Part shown: piece after piece, positions 1 through 10,162 of the stretch
How the letters are laid out: each line of letters starts with the position of its first letter
Numbering within the stretch: position 1 is the first letter of the stretch
Virus record (IMG/VR): IMGVR_UViG_3300033153_008400
Location: 32,001 to 96,000 of that record
Length of the DNA: 64,000 nt
Reading direction: 5' to 3' (one strand)
Origin: a virus
Program-made: the position numbers and the translations under genes
Notes under the pieces: model-generated
What the model saw: only the letters and a program-made list of their open reading frames with translations
The model's database searches: none
Told to the model about the DNA's origin: nothing

Positions 1-1
1 A

Positions 2-364
2 GGAAGACTCTTAGGATTAGCAGTAAGTGATGATACTACTGAAGATGTAGTATATAATTTAGTAGATAATATCCTTAAAAAAGGAGAGTTTGAATCTGGT
101 AAGTTCCAGGGACTATCTACTATTGAAGTCTTTAGTCGTTTTGCAGATATGAAAGAAAATCTGTTACACGTTAAAGATTTGGTAAAACAAGCAATAGTTC
201 ACTCTATTTACAGAGTCAAGAATAGTGGTAAAGTTTATGAAGGAGAATATGAAGTAGCTAAAGATGAAGAGGAATTGGTAGTATACCTTGTAAATGAGGA
301 CCATCAAGATGATTTACTCACGTTAGAAGGTAAACTGAAATCAAAAAAGTTAACATCAGTATAA
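2..364 (+). CDS. 5'-truncated conserved crAss-like late gene (position just downstream of the major capsid gene)
   Basis: The frame is open from base 2 (GRLLGLAVSDDTTEDVVYNLVDNILKKGEF...) through the tracked ORF 149..364. Function is inferred only from synteny. Confidence 0.55.
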   Translation, partial: GRLLGLAVSDDTTEDVVYNLVDNILKKGEFESGKFQGLSTIEVFSRFADMKENLLHVKDLVKQAIVHSIYRVKNSGKVYEGEYEVAKDEEELVVYLVNEDHQDDLLTLEGKLKSKKLTSV

Positions 365-374
365 TAATATAATT

Positions 375-1103
375 ATGATATCAGTAGATAGTTTATTATA
401 TAAAATAGATCAAAAGTTAAATAAACTATCTTCTAATTCTCATCAGAGGATTCAGTTAGAAGATAAGGTTTTAGCGCTTAATGAAGCACAGATCAAACTT
501 ATAAAACAGAAAGCTGATGGTATTAGTATTATTAGTGGATTAGGATTTGATTCTTTTAAAAAGAGATATGATGATTTACAAAATTTAGTCGTAAATTTTA
601 GTGATCCTCTTACTTTAACTGAAGTTAATAAAGATTTGAATGAATGGGAAACTACTATTGAAGGACTAGATCCTCAGTATATGTTTTATGTCGATAGTTA
701 TTTTTTAGCTGATAAAGGAGAATGTACAGACAGGATTATCTGGACAAACCCAGATTTATTAAAGCATGGAGACTTACAATTACTCCTGAATAATGTCAAT
801 ACTAAACCTTCTTTTGAATATCAAGAGACATTTAATTCGATTTCTTCAAATAAAATAAGTATATTTACAGATGGGACGTTTACTCCCAAAAAACTATATC
901 TTATGTACATTCGCTACCCACAGTATATCAATAAAGCTGGGTACGTTATGTTAAATGACGAGAACTCAGTCGATAGTGACTGTGAACTTGCCAGTTATCT
1001 CGAAGATGAAATCTTAGACTTAGCAGTTCAAAACTTAGCGATGTACACAGAAAATTCTTCTGCTGTGCAGAGTGCTCAATTTAGGATACAAACAAATGAA
1101 TAA
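375..1103 (+). CDS. Putative tail ring protein (crAss-like)
   Basis: 242 aa; LYLMYIRYP...DCEL...DEILDLAV pattern typical of crAss ring/adaptor proteins; lies directly before the auxiliary capsid-like gene. Confidence 0.65.
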   Translation: MISVDSLLYKIDQKLNKLSSNSHQRIQLEDKVLALNEAQIKLIKQKADGISIISGLGFDSFKKRYDDLQNLVVNFSDPLTLTEVNKDLNEWETTIEGLDPQYMFYVDSYFLADKGECTDRIIWTNPDLLKHGDLQLLLNNVNTKPSFEYQETFNSISSNKISIFTDGTFTPKKLYLMYIRYPQYINKAGYVMLNDENSVDSDCELASYLEDEILDLAVQNLAMYTENSSAVQSAQFRIQTNE

Positions 1104-1145
1104 GAATAATAAAATAAATATTAATTTAATCTAAAAATTTAAACA

Positions 1146-2327
1146 ATGGATTTTTCTTTAACAACAGTAGTGGTAGTCCCACCAGGAGCAACAGTAGCTC
1201 CAGTAACGGATTCAACACAGGACTTACTTGCTGGTGAAGTAGGATTTTTCGGAGCTGATTACGTAGGTGTAAGTGCAGGTACAATAGCTGCCCAACCTTA
1301 TTTTTATGTAGCGCAGGGAAGAGAGAATACTTACCTTCAAGGAACAAAACGTTCTGATAAAATTAGTGGATGTCCTCAAGCAGGGGTAGCATGTAACACT
1401 AATGTAACCGAATGGTATAAAGTTGCAGGTTGCATAACACCTACAAATCAAATTGTAGAGATAGATGATTTCACTGTAAAATGTGGTGAAAAACTAACAT
1501 TAACCTTAAGAGGACATTCTAGTTATCTGGATACCCTTTATTTCAACGGATTTACTCGTTCAGTAACTATCAACGCTCCTTGCTGTGACTGTCCTGCTGA
1601 CAATTGTACGGATGTTGATGCAGAGGCTCTGGTAGATGCTCTTATTGTTGCATTGGAAGCAGGTGCTCCTGGGACTAATTCAGACAATATTCTCTTAACA
1701 GATTTTTATACTTTTAGCAAGTTTGGAAGTGGTGCAACTACCAAATTAGTTATTACAGGTGTAGCTGTAACTAAAAACGGACAACCTTGTGATGTCGCTG
1801 CTTATCCAGCAGAATATGATAGAATGTGGTTTAATGTTTGGGTTATTGAAGGACCTGCAACAACTGTAGATTTTATTGTGTATGATGCATGTGAACAAGT
1901 AGCTACGGCGACTGTAACACAAACTTCTAATTATCCTACGGGAACAGCAGAAGAAATTGCACAGTTAGAGAAAAATTACTATAGCTATCAAGTTGGTTAC
2001 CTTAAGCATCTTTACAGAACTGCAGGGTACAACCAAAACTTTGAAAGCCATGTAGTAGCAGGAACTACATATGACACTTACTATATTAAGTTCAATGAAC
2101 TTGATAAGAGTGCATATCAATGGGGTGATTATATCCAAGAAGATAGCACAGTTATCATCGCTATCCCTACTGGAGATGCCGCTGCTTTTGAGGCTATTTT
2201 AGTAGCTGGTTTAGGAGCTGTTGCAGCAGATAATGCTTGTGTAACTACCACAACAACTGTAGCACCGTCGACTACGACAACTACAACTGTTGCGCCAACA
2301 ACTACAACTACTACAACAGGAGCTTAG
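1146..2327 (+). CDS. Putative auxiliary capsid (decoration) protein with C-terminal Thr-rich tail
   Basis: 393 aa, beta-rich and Cys-rich; followed by a strong terminator as expected for a highly expressed gene; synteny with the crAss auxiliary capsid gene; ends TTTTTVAPSTTTTTTVAPTTTTTTTGA. Confidence 0.6.
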   Translation: MDFSLTTVVVVPPGATVAPVTDSTQDLLAGEVGFFGADYVGVSAGTIAAQPYFYVAQGRENTYLQGTKRSDKISGCPQAGVACNTNVTEWYKVAGCITPTNQIVEIDDFTVKCGEKLTLTLRGHSSYLDTLYFNGFTRSVTINAPCCDCPADNCTDVDAEALVDALIVALEAGAPGTNSDNILLTDFYTFSKFGSGATTKLVITGVAVTKNGQPCDVAAYPAEYDRMWFNVWVIEGPATTVDFIVYDACEQVATATVTQTSNYPTGTAEEIAQLEKNYYSYQVGYLKHLYRTAGYNQNFESHVVAGTTYDTYYIKFNELDKSAYQWGDYIQEDSTVIIAIPTGDAAAFEAILVAGLGAVAADNACVTTTTTVAPSTTTTTTVAPTTTTTTTGA

Positions 2328-2350
2328 TAGTAAACAAAATAGTATAACCT

Positions 2351-2398
2351 AAATGTCAGGGGAAAGAGGATAACTCCTATCCTCTGACATTTTTTTAT
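2351..2398 (+). terminator. Rho-independent terminator
   Basis: Hairpin aaatgtcagggga...agga-taac-tcct...tcctctgacattt followed by a T-run, just after the 1146..2327 gene. Confidence 0.8.
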
Positions 2399-2408
2399 TT
2401 TACAAAAA

Positions 2409-2999
2409 ATGGCAACAACTACCACCACGACAACAACAGTAGTAGCCCCTGATTTAAGGCTAGATATATTTGTTCTCGAAACTTATAATGTAAAAACAAT
2501 AGCATTCTCTGATGCATCTATATATCCAAATGATCCTCCAGAAGTAACTCTTCCTACTATAAGGATTACTCCTCCTGGGTTTGATGAAGTCGCACTCCCT
2601 TTTTCAATGGAAACTTATAATGTATACAATTCTGCATCTTTATTAATTTCAGAAGTAGGGACAGAAGACCCTTTACCTGATGGTGTCTGGTCTGTATCTT
2701 ATAGTGTTTTTGATACTAAAACGGTGTGTATAACCAAGTCATTTATGAGGGTTAATAAGATTCAAGAAAAATTTGATAATGCTTTTATGACATTAGATAT
2801 GATGGAATGTGATAGTAAAATTAAGGCTCAAGCTAAAATAGAATTAAATTCCATTTGGTTTTTCATTCAAGGATCAATAGCAGCAGCCAATAATTGTGCT
2901 ATTTTACAATCTGAGAAATTATATGCTAAAGCAGATTCAATGCTTACACGTTTTTTAAACAATAATTGTGGATGTAGTGGATCTTTATACAACTATTAG
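2409..2999 (+). CDS. Putative virion structural protein (tail-hub position) with N-terminal Thr tract
   Basis: 196 aa; LPDGVWSVSY Ig-like strand followed by a helical C-terminus ending CGC; begins MATTTTTTTT; synteny. Confidence 0.5.
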   Translation: MATTTTTTTTVVAPDLRLDIFVLETYNVKTIAFSDASIYPNDPPEVTLPTIRITPPGFDEVALPFSMETYNVYNSASLLISEVGTEDPLPDGVWSVSYSVFDTKTVCITKSFMRVNKIQEKFDNAFMTLDMMECDSKIKAQAKIELNSIWFFIQGSIAAANNCAILQSEKLYAKADSMLTRFLNNNCGCSGSLYNY

Positions 3000-3110
3000 A
3001 TGGCAAATTGCAAAAAATGTGGTGCCAAAGTAGGATGTGGGTGCCAATTAATAAATGGATTGTGTGCAAGTTGCAGAGCAATCGCAAAAAAATTTAAAAC
3101 ATTATGCTAA
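3000..3110 (+). CDS. Small Cys-rich protein, 36 aa (absent from the ORF track)
   Basis: ATG at 3000 directly after the upstream TAG, TAA at 3108-3110 overlapping the next start; MANCKKCGAKVGCGCQLINGLCASCRAIAKKFKTLC fills the gap exactly. Confidence 0.75.
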   Translation: MANCKKCGAKVGCGCQLINGLCASCRAIAKKFKTLC

Positions 3111-3487
3111 CTATCAAAATGACAGATTGTGATCAATGTGGTGATATTTTAGCACTAATATCAGGAATCGATTGCACTATTACAAAGATTGGGAATGACA
3201 TATATAATGACCTTATATTTGCTCTGAACAAATCTTGTAGAACTAGTGATATGTCTGATCTTCTTCATTACAGAAGAATTTTGATAAATAAGTGGTGTAA
3301 TCCTTATTATACTGAAGATTATACTACTTTACAAATAGCTAGTAAAGTACAACTCATGACATCAGGATGTATTCCACAGGAATGTTGTGATGAATGTGAT
3401 TATGATGAATGTGATTATGATGGAGGTACAGTAGAAAGAGTAGCGCTAGAGTGTAATTATGATGGAGGTACTGTAGATCGTATATAG
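3104..3487 (+). CDS. Cys-rich putative structural protein
   Basis: 127 aa in the late operon; C-terminal duplicated C(D/N)YDGGTV(E/D)R motif. Confidence 0.55.
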   Translation: MLTIKMTDCDQCGDILALISGIDCTITKIGNDIYNDLIFALNKSCRTSDMSDLLHYRRILINKWCNPYYTEDYTTLQIASKVQLMTSGCIPQECCDECDYDECDYDGGTVERVALECNYDGGTVDRI

Positions 3488-3521
3488 AAGACTAAGTTTG
3501 AATAAAATTAAAATATAAAAA

Positions 3522-4364
3522 ATGAAGATACTTATAACACTTGCTCCCTTTGGAGAGGACTTAGGGCCATTCGATTTATACTCTGATGCAGATAATTATG
3601 CTGTTCCTTTTGATACGAATATCCTAGCATCAGAAATTGAGGCAGGATACACTAGTGTATTGGCTCCCGATGATGCTTTAATTATAAGAGCATTATCTAC
3701 AGGTACTTGTACTAATTATTTAAATTTAGTATTACCAACTACCACGACTACTACAACAATAGCCCCTTCTACTACAACGACAACAACATTAGCAGGAATA
3801 TTATGTGAAGAGACAGTTGCCTCAGGAGGATATGGAGTGACTGACAATATTGTAGTTATGGCTTCTGATACAGAAGGTACAGGAGGTATCATCATTATTG
3901 ATTTATCTTGTGTTTCTGTTCCAGATAAATTAGAGATAATTCATAATGGTGTCAAAGTAGCAACAACAGGTGTAGCTGGTGGTAATGCTGGACCATTTGA
4001 TAATGTATATGGAATTCCTAGTAATAACTATCCTACTGGTAGTGGAGATGTACTTCTTATTGACCAATTTGTTGGAGATGGTAAGCCAGGATCTAATCCT
4101 TCAAGGGATGCAGAGTTCTTAGCAGATACAGGTATTCCAGGTATCACAGCTAATAAACAACAATTAATCTGGTGGGAATATACTACTATAGATTATGCAG
4201 TTTCTACTAGTGTAACTATAAGAGTTGTTGGTTATCCAGGAACTTATTGGGAATTTACAAGAAGATGTCCTGCTGTAACAACGACTACTACAACAACAAG
4301 TAGTCCGACAACGACAACGACAACAACAGCTAGTCCTACAACAACGACTACAACGACAATATAA
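3522..4364 (+). CDS. Putative virion decoration protein: GPFDLYS module, Thr linker, beta domain, Thr tail
   Basis: 280 aa; N-terminal ~70-aa module shared with four other ORFs; two Thr tracts. Confidence 0.55.
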   Translation: MKILITLAPFGEDLGPFDLYSDADNYAVPFDTNILASEIEAGYTSVLAPDDALIIRALSTGTCTNYLNLVLPTTTTTTTIAPSTTTTTTLAGILCEETVASGGYGVTDNIVVMASDTEGTGGIIIIDLSCVSVPDKLEIIHNGVKVATTGVAGGNAGPFDNVYGIPSNNYPTGSGDVLLIDQFVGDGKPGSNPSRDAEFLADTGIPGITANKQQLIWWEYTTIDYAVSTSVTIRVVGYPGTYWEFTRRCPAVTTTTTTTSSPTTTTTTTASPTTTTTTTI

Positions 4365-4393
4365 AATGAAAATATTAATTTAATAAAAAAAAT

Positions 4394-5491
4394 ATGAGCT
4401 GCAAGAATTGTTTTAACGGATGTGCTAGTATAACATCAGACAAGTGTGTAAAATATACAGGAGTTAGCATTCCTGCACTAGGAATAGATAAAGGAGATAG
4501 CTTGTTTGTTGTAGAAAATAATATTTTACAACATCTCTTAAACTTAATAGATGGCACAGGTATTATAGTCAAGATACCTGAAGAGGCTCTTTGTGCAGTA
4601 ATAGAGAGTTATTTGCCAACTAGTGGAGACATAAGTATTGATCAATACATCACTGCTTTGATACAATCTGTTTGTTTTTTACAAGCTGAGGTTGATGCTA
4701 CAGATGCAAGAGTTAATAAGATTGAGGCTAATTATACGAAAGGATGTTTAACAGGAATAGATGCTGATGATGGAACACATGCCTTCCTTCAAGCTACTAT
4801 AGATTTTCTATGTACTTTGAATACTACAGTAGTTGCTTTATCTTTAAATTTAGCCAGTAACTATACAACTACTGCAGATTTACCTGCTCTTATAGAAACT
4901 CTAGTTGCAGAAGAACCAGAAACAAGTTTATATAAAAATAAAATGATTCCTATGACTGTAATGGAATACTATGGTTCTACAGGAAACTTCGATGGTTCGG
5001 GTGCAGGTATAGGAGATTACATAGATATCTATTTATGTAATGGTGATAATGGTACCCCTGATAAAAGAGGTAGAGTAGGTGTTGGTGCCACTACAGGAAT
5101 GGGTGGAGGTGCTATGGCGCCTGCAGTTGATCCTGGTGTATCTGGCAATCCTGGATATACTTTATTATCAGCAGAAGGTGCAAACACAGTAGCTTTGTCT
5201 ATTTCTCAAATGCCTACACATACTCATACAGCTTCTGCTACTTCAGAGGGAGACCATGTACATGCATATGGCACAGGATATGTTAGAACTGATGATGATG
5301 AGCCAGGAAATGATGAAGAAGCAGTCAGACATTCAGGATCTGATGAGCATAACAGAGCAAGTACTACTTCTACTCTAGGAAATGGAGCACATGGACATAC
5401 TATTACTGTAGATGCTGTTGGCGATGGAGATAGTCATGATAATATTCAACCAGTATTAACTTGTTACTATATAATGTATATACCATCTTAA
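4394..5491 (+). CDS. Tail fibre with tail-collar-like domain and HxH tip
   Basis: LCNGDNGTPDKRGRVGVG (collar-like), LSISQMPTHTH, DHVH, HGH and HDNIQPVLTCYYIM, as in T4 gp12/gp37-like fibres; N-terminal C-x5-CVxYxG module shared with ORF 48158. Confidence 0.75.
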   Translation: MSCKNCFNGCASITSDKCVKYTGVSIPALGIDKGDSLFVVENNILQHLLNLIDGTGIIVKIPEEALCAVIESYLPTSGDISIDQYITALIQSVCFLQAEVDATDARVNKIEANYTKGCLTGIDADDGTHAFLQATIDFLCTLNTTVVALSLNLASNYTTTADLPALIETLVAEEPETSLYKNKMIPMTVMEYYGSTGNFDGSGAGIGDYIDIYLCNGDNGTPDKRGRVGVGATTGMGGGAMAPAVDPGVSGNPGYTLLSAEGANTVALSISQMPTHTHTASATSEGDHVHAYGTGYVRTDDDEPGNDEEAVRHSGSDEHNRASTTSTLGNGAHGHTITVDAVGDGDSHDNIQPVLTCYYIMYIPS

Positions 5492-5506
5492 TAAACACTT
5501 AAGAGC

Positions 5507-5752
5507 ATGACAGGAATTGTAACACTATTGGCAGCAGGAATTGATTCAGGCCCATTTAATCTTTATTCAGATGTAGATGGGTTTGTAGTACCATTTGAGA
5601 GCTTAATAGATAAGGCACTGCTATTAGCTGGCTACCCAGTCAACACGATCCCTGGGGGAACGACTAGTATAAGAATTAAGTCCATAAGTGCTGTTTGTTC
5701 AAATTATGTAGATGTAGTAATGCCGACTACAACTACGACAACGACAATATAA
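5507..5752 (+). CDS. Stand-alone GPFDLYS module with Thr tail
   Basis: 81 aa; GPFNLYSDVDGFVVPFE...IRIKS...CSNY followed by PTTTTTTTI. Confidence 0.65.
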   Translation: MTGIVTLLAAGIDSGPFNLYSDVDGFVVPFESLIDKALLLAGYPVNTIPGGTTSIRIKSISAVCSNYVDVVMPTTTTTTTI

Positions 5753-5761
5753 AATTAATAT

Positions 5762-8700
5762 ATGATAGTATTATTAACTTTAACAACAGCAGGAACAGAT
5801 ACAGGACCATTTGATTTATATTCAAATGTAGATGATTTTATAACTCCTTTTGAAACAGGGATATTAAAAGCAACTCTTATAGCAGGGTATTCAACTACTG
5901 TGCCTGATGCTGCAACAGTTGTTAGAGTTCAATCTAATAATATTTGTACTAATTATAAAGATATTGTTTTATATAAACCACAATGTTCTCCTTTTGAGGG
6001 TACTGCAGGAGTTCAAACTTATTTTAATCAATATCTTGCACAAGTAATAGCCTTAGATAATTGTAATATTTTTTATTATGGTTATCAATCTTCATATGTT
6101 AACAATCCTGTTGATGAACTTACATATAATTCTAATAGAATTACACTCTTAGATACTTGTGGAAATATTAATCAATCATTTCAAATTAGTTTTGAAACTG
6201 GTTTAAATAGTGTGTATGCTTATACTAATGAAGGTATAGATTTTGATATTGATGGAAATCTTTATATAGGTGGTAATTTTACTACTGTACAAGGGCTTTC
6301 TTATGTAAGACTTGTAAAAATAAAACCTGATGGAACTATAGATTTAACATTTATAGTAGGTACAGGATTTACTGGAGGAGCAAATACAGTTTCCAGACCA
6401 TTTGTAGATGATGCTAATCAGAATGTTTGGGTAGGTGGTAATTATAATACTTATAATGGTTCAGGAGCTTTACAACTTGTAAAACTTGATATGTTTGGTG
6501 CTATAGATCCTTCCTTTACTTCTTTAGGATTTAATAATACAATAGAAGGAATATTAGAAGCTGGTGGTGGTAAAATATGGGTACATGGTTATTTCACTCA
6601 ATACAATTCAATAAACAGAGGTCACTTTATTTTATTGAATAAATCAGATGGTAGTGTAGATGAGAGTTTTGTTTGTCCAACGGGTCCTAATCAATATGGT
6701 AGCCCAGGGGAAGAACCAGCATGTGTAGTAACTGATGGAGATGATTTAATGTTTGTGAGCTTTTATGGAAATACCACATTTGATGGAGTATCTTGTCCAA
6801 GAGACATATTCAAGATAAAACGTAATGGTTCATTAGATGCTACTTTCTCAGCGAATGTAGGTACAGGATTTGATACAGGTGGAATGAGAGTTATTAATGA
6901 TGGTGGTAAATTTGTTATTACTTGTTATTTTACCAATACTACATTGAATGGTGTACCAATACCTAAAATAATTCGATTAAACAATGATGGTACTATAGAT
7001 AATGCCTTTAATTTTGATATGACATCTTGGGATCACTTCTGGGATATTACAAGAGCAGGAGATAATTATTATACAATTGCTTCACCTGGAGACGGTTGGG
7101 GATTAGAGTATCCAATACAAATAGATTTAGATGGTACTGCTAGATTACAAAATGGTTGTCCTGATGAGGATCCTTGTATCGTTACAACAACTACAACCAC
7201 AACTGCTGGTCCTACAACTACGACCACAACAACGACTGCAGCTCCAACTACTACAACGACGACAATTGCGCCAACTACAACTACCACAACTACGGCTAGT
7301 CCTACTACAACTACGACCACTACTATTAGTCCTACGACTACTACAACAACAACTGTGGCTCCAACTACGACTACCACTACAACGGCTAGTCCTACGACTA
7401 CAACCACTACTACGGTTGCACCTACAACGACTACTACCACGACTGTTAGTCCAACAACAACAACTACAACTACCGTAGCACCAACTACGACGACAACTAC
7501 TACAGTTGCTCCGACTACAACGACTACGACAACTGTAGCACCAACAACAACTACCACTACGACTGTAGCGCCTACTACGACGACTACAACAACGATAGCG
7601 CCTACAACTACGACGACTACAACTGTGGCACCTACGACTACAACTACAACTACTGTTAGTCCTACAACTACGACGACCACTATTGCACCAACAACTACGA
7701 CTACAACTATAGCTCCGACTACGACTACGACTACTCTTAGTCCAACGACGACAACTACGACTAGTGCTGCGGCGCCTACTACGACTACAACAACTTCTTG
7801 TGAAGTTTTCCCAGATGGTAATTATTCTGAATTTGAATCTAGTGGAGCTGTAACAACGACTGGTGGAACTCAATTAGCTCTTGATGGTGATGAAGTATTT
7901 GAAGAAGTAACTATACCATTTACTTTTGATTTTTATGGTAACCCATTTACAAGTGTATGGGTTACAGATAATGGATATATGTCTTTTGATGAAATTGATG
8001 GTACAGATTATACTCCTACAGCATTACCTTGGGAGGATCCTAATAGTGGAGACCAATATAAGAACATGTTATTCCCTTATTTCTATGACATGGCTGTAGA
8101 AAATACTTATGGTTATTATATTTACAAGATTACAGAAGGAGTAACTCCTAATAGAGTTTTTGTATTGAGATATGAAAATACTAATTATGATAATAGAGAA
8201 ACTCCAGGTTTACCTGTAATTTTTGAAGTTAGATTATCAGAAACTTCAAATTTAATAGAATATAGATATGGAGTTAGAACAGGAGATGATGCTGGTGATA
8301 TGACTATAGGTGTACAAGAAAATGGAGGAGCTCATTATACTGAGTATGCTGACAGTAGTAATATTGTACCAGGAAAATCACTTATATATTCTCCTAATAC
8401 TTGTTATACACAACCAACAACTACTACGACAACTACTAATCCTTTAGCTCCTTTACTGATACTTAAGACATCTGGTGGATTTACAGGAGATTATAGTCTT
8501 ACTGATAATTATAGTTCTTTCCCATTGGAAGGTGGAAGTGGTATTGTAAATACAGGAGGAACAATAGATTGGGCAATAGATGATACTTTTGGTATTGAAC
8601 ATGTTTATGGAGATCAGCCTAATGATCCTGTTGATGTAATGGACTTTAGTAGTAACCCAGGAGAGATAACAATAACAATGTCTAATGTTCTTGATATGTC

Positions 8701-9814
8701 ATATATAAATCTGAATTACTATTCAGAGCTTACATACATTGAAGCTAAATATCTTCCTAATTTGACAACAATTATATCAGAAGCGTGTTATGTAGAAGAC
8801 TTAATTCTTACAGGAACTTCTAATTTAGAACATATAGAACTTCCAGCATCTAGTTCATATGGTAGTTTAAGTTCATTGACTTTATCACAATCATCTTTAA
8901 CTTATTTAGACCTTGATAATCATACTTTAATAACCTTTGATGCAAGTAATTGTACTGCTTTAGAGACTTTAAATTTACGTAGAAATAGTCTGACAAGTTT
9001 GACTCTTACAGGATTAACAAGTTTAACAGAATTACGTATAGATAATAATCCGTTTATAACTGGTCCTACTATGACAGGATTAACTGCTTTAGAAATTTTA
9101 TATGTAGATAATAATACTGTAATGACTTCATTTAGTATCGCAGCTTGTACAGGTTTATTACAATATCGTGGTGATAAAAATTATACTTTAACATCCTTGA
9201 GTTTCTCAGCAAATACTTTATTAACTTATGTAGATTGTTCTCAGAATTCAGTATTAACCTCTTTAGACTTTGTTAATAATACTGCTTTACTTACTCTTTT
9301 AGTTGATGCTTGTAATCTTTCAACTTTAACAAATGTGAAAAGTACTGTATTGACTAATATAAATTGTGGTAATAATTCAAGTCTTACTACACTTGATCTT
9401 AGTCTTTGTACAGCACTTACTTCATTCTCCTTTGCAAATTCAGGATTATTAGATATGGATCTTACAGCAAATACATTATTAGAAACAATGTATGGTGCTG
9501 GAAGTGATTTACAAGATATAGACCTTACAACATTAGATGTTCTTACATCATTTACAATGAATGATTGTGATTTAGGTTCTGGGGCTGGTATCGATTTAAC
9601 TGGATGTGATGTTTTAGCTTTTGTAAATGTAGAAGGAAATAGTATGACTCCTGCAATGACAGATCAATTGTATATTGATTTAGCAGCAGGAACAGTAGAT
9701 TCAGGTACTTTAATATGTAGAAACAATAGAACAGCAGCTAGTGATGCTGCTCGTGCAACATTATTAGGAGCACCAAGAGGTCCTTGGACTATTCAAGATT
9801 TTTATTCAACATAA
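5762..9814 (+). CDS. Large mosaic adhesin-like virion protein: GPFDLYS module, delta-60-like beta-propeller repeats, long mucin-like stalk, NIDO-like domain, leucine-rich repeats
   Basis: Repeats of YIGGNFT...LVKIKPDGTIDLTF type; about 21 Thr runs; IPFTFDFYGNPFTSVWVTDNGYMSF (NIDO-like); repeated LTxLDxxxNxLTxL (LRR). Confidence 0.7.
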   Translation: MIVLLTLTTAGTDTGPFDLYSNVDDFITPFETGILKATLIAGYSTTVPDAATVVRVQSNNICTNYKDIVLYKPQCSPFEGTAGVQTYFNQYLAQVIALDNCNIFYYGYQSSYVNNPVDELTYNSNRITLLDTCGNINQSFQISFETGLNSVYAYTNEGIDFDIDGNLYIGGNFTTVQGLSYVRLVKIKPDGTIDLTFIVGTGFTGGANTVSRPFVDDANQNVWVGGNYNTYNGSGALQLVKLDMFGAIDPSFTSLGFNNTIEGILEAGGGKIWVHGYFTQYNSINRGHFILLNKSDGSVDESFVCPTGPNQYGSPGEEPACVVTDGDDLMFVSFYGNTTFDGVSCPRDIFKIKRNGSLDATFSANVGTGFDTGGMRVINDGGKFVITCYFTNTTLNGVPIPKIIRLNNDGTIDNAFNFDMTSWDHFWDITRAGDNYYTIASPGDGWGLEYPIQIDLDGTARLQNGCPDEDPCIVTTTTTTTAGPTTTTTTTTAAPTTTTTTIAPTTTTTTTASPTTTTTTTISPTTTTTTTVAPTTTTTTTASPTTTTTTTVAPTTTTTTTVSPTTTTTTTVAPTTTTTTTVAPTTTTTTTVAPTTTTTTTVAPTTTTTTTIAPTTTTTTTVAPTTTTTTTVSPTTTTTTIAPTTTTTTIAPTTTTTTLSPTTTTTTSAAAPTTTTTTSCEVFPDGNYSEFESSGAVTTTGGTQLALDGDEVFEEVTIPFTFDFYGNPFTSVWVTDNGYMSFDEIDGTDYTPTALPWEDPNSGDQYKNMLFPYFYDMAVENTYGYYIYKITEGVTPNRVFVLRYENTNYDNRETPGLPVIFEVRLSETSNLIEYRYGVRTGDDAGDMTIGVQENGGAHYTEYADSSNIVPGKSLIYSPNTCYTQPTTTTTTTNPLAPLLILKTSGGFTGDYSLTDNYSSFPLEGGSGIVNTGGTIDWAIDDTFGIEHVYGDQPNDPVDVMDFSSNPGEITITMSNVLDMSYINLNYYSELTYIEAKYLPNLTTIISEACYVEDLILTGTSNLEHIELPASSSYGSLSSLTLSQSSLTYLDLDNHTLITFDASNCTALETLNLRRNSLTSLTLTGLTSLTELRIDNNPFITGPTMTGLTALEILYVDNNTVMTSFSIAACTGLLQYRGDKNYTLTSLSFSANTLLTYVDCSQNSVLTSLDFVNNTALLTLLVDACNLSTLTNVKSTVLTNINCGNNSSLTTLDLSLCTALTSFSFANSGLLDMDLTANTLLETMYGAGSDLQDIDLTTLDVLTSFTMNDCDLGSGAGIDLTGCDVLAFVNVEGNSMTPAMTDQLYIDLAAGTVDSGTLICRNNRTAASDAARATLLGAPRGPWTIQDFYST
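7184..7795 (+). repeat. Coding tandem repeat of ~30-nt units encoding (T6-8-[VIAL]-[ASG]-P)n
   Basis: About 21 Thr runs separated by VAP/IAP/ASP/VSP; all four Thr codons are mixed, so the DNA units are not identical. Confidence 0.95.
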
Positions 9815-9830
9815 TTAAATAATTTAACAA

Positions 9831-10148
9831 ATGGCAATAACAGTATTAATTACAATAACAGCAGCAGGAAATGACCTAGATAATTTTGGGTTATACTCTG
9901 ATACAGATGCTTATGTTACCCCTTTTGAGACAGGAGTGAGCAGAGTGCAACTGTTAGCAGGGTATATTTCTACAGTAGTACCAGATGGAACAACAATCAT
10001 TAGGGTAACCTCTACAGGTTTATGTACAAATAGTGCAGATATTACTATAAATGTGGTGACGACAACTACCACAACAACTGTTGCGCCAACGACGACAACG
10101 ACTACGACAGTAGCTCCAACAACCACCACAACAACTACAACCCCATAG
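9831..10148 (+). CDS. Stand-alone GPFDLYS-like module with Thr tail
   Basis: 105 aa; DNFGLYSDTDAYVTPFETG...VPDGTTIIRVTSTGLCTN followed by three Thr runs. Confidence 0.65.
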   Translation: MAITVLITITAAGNDLDNFGLYSDTDAYVTPFETGVSRVQLLAGYISTVVPDGTTIIRVTSTGLCTNSADITINVVTTTTTTTVAPTTTTTTTVAPTTTTTTTTP

Positions 10149-10162
10149 GGCTAATTGTTTAA

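Noticed and set aside
7184-7795. Possible CRISPR array or DNA-level VNTR
   Set aside because: There are no identical repeats with unique spacers. The periodicity is at the protein level and the codons are degenerate.
7069-7873. Val-rich, Ser/Arg/Cys-rich and Leu/Gln-rich ORFs overlapping the Thr tracts (also at 9911, 17397-17757 and 58291-58530)
   Set aside because: They are antisense or frame-shifted shadows of ACN codon runs, which contain few stops. There is no independent evidence of expression.
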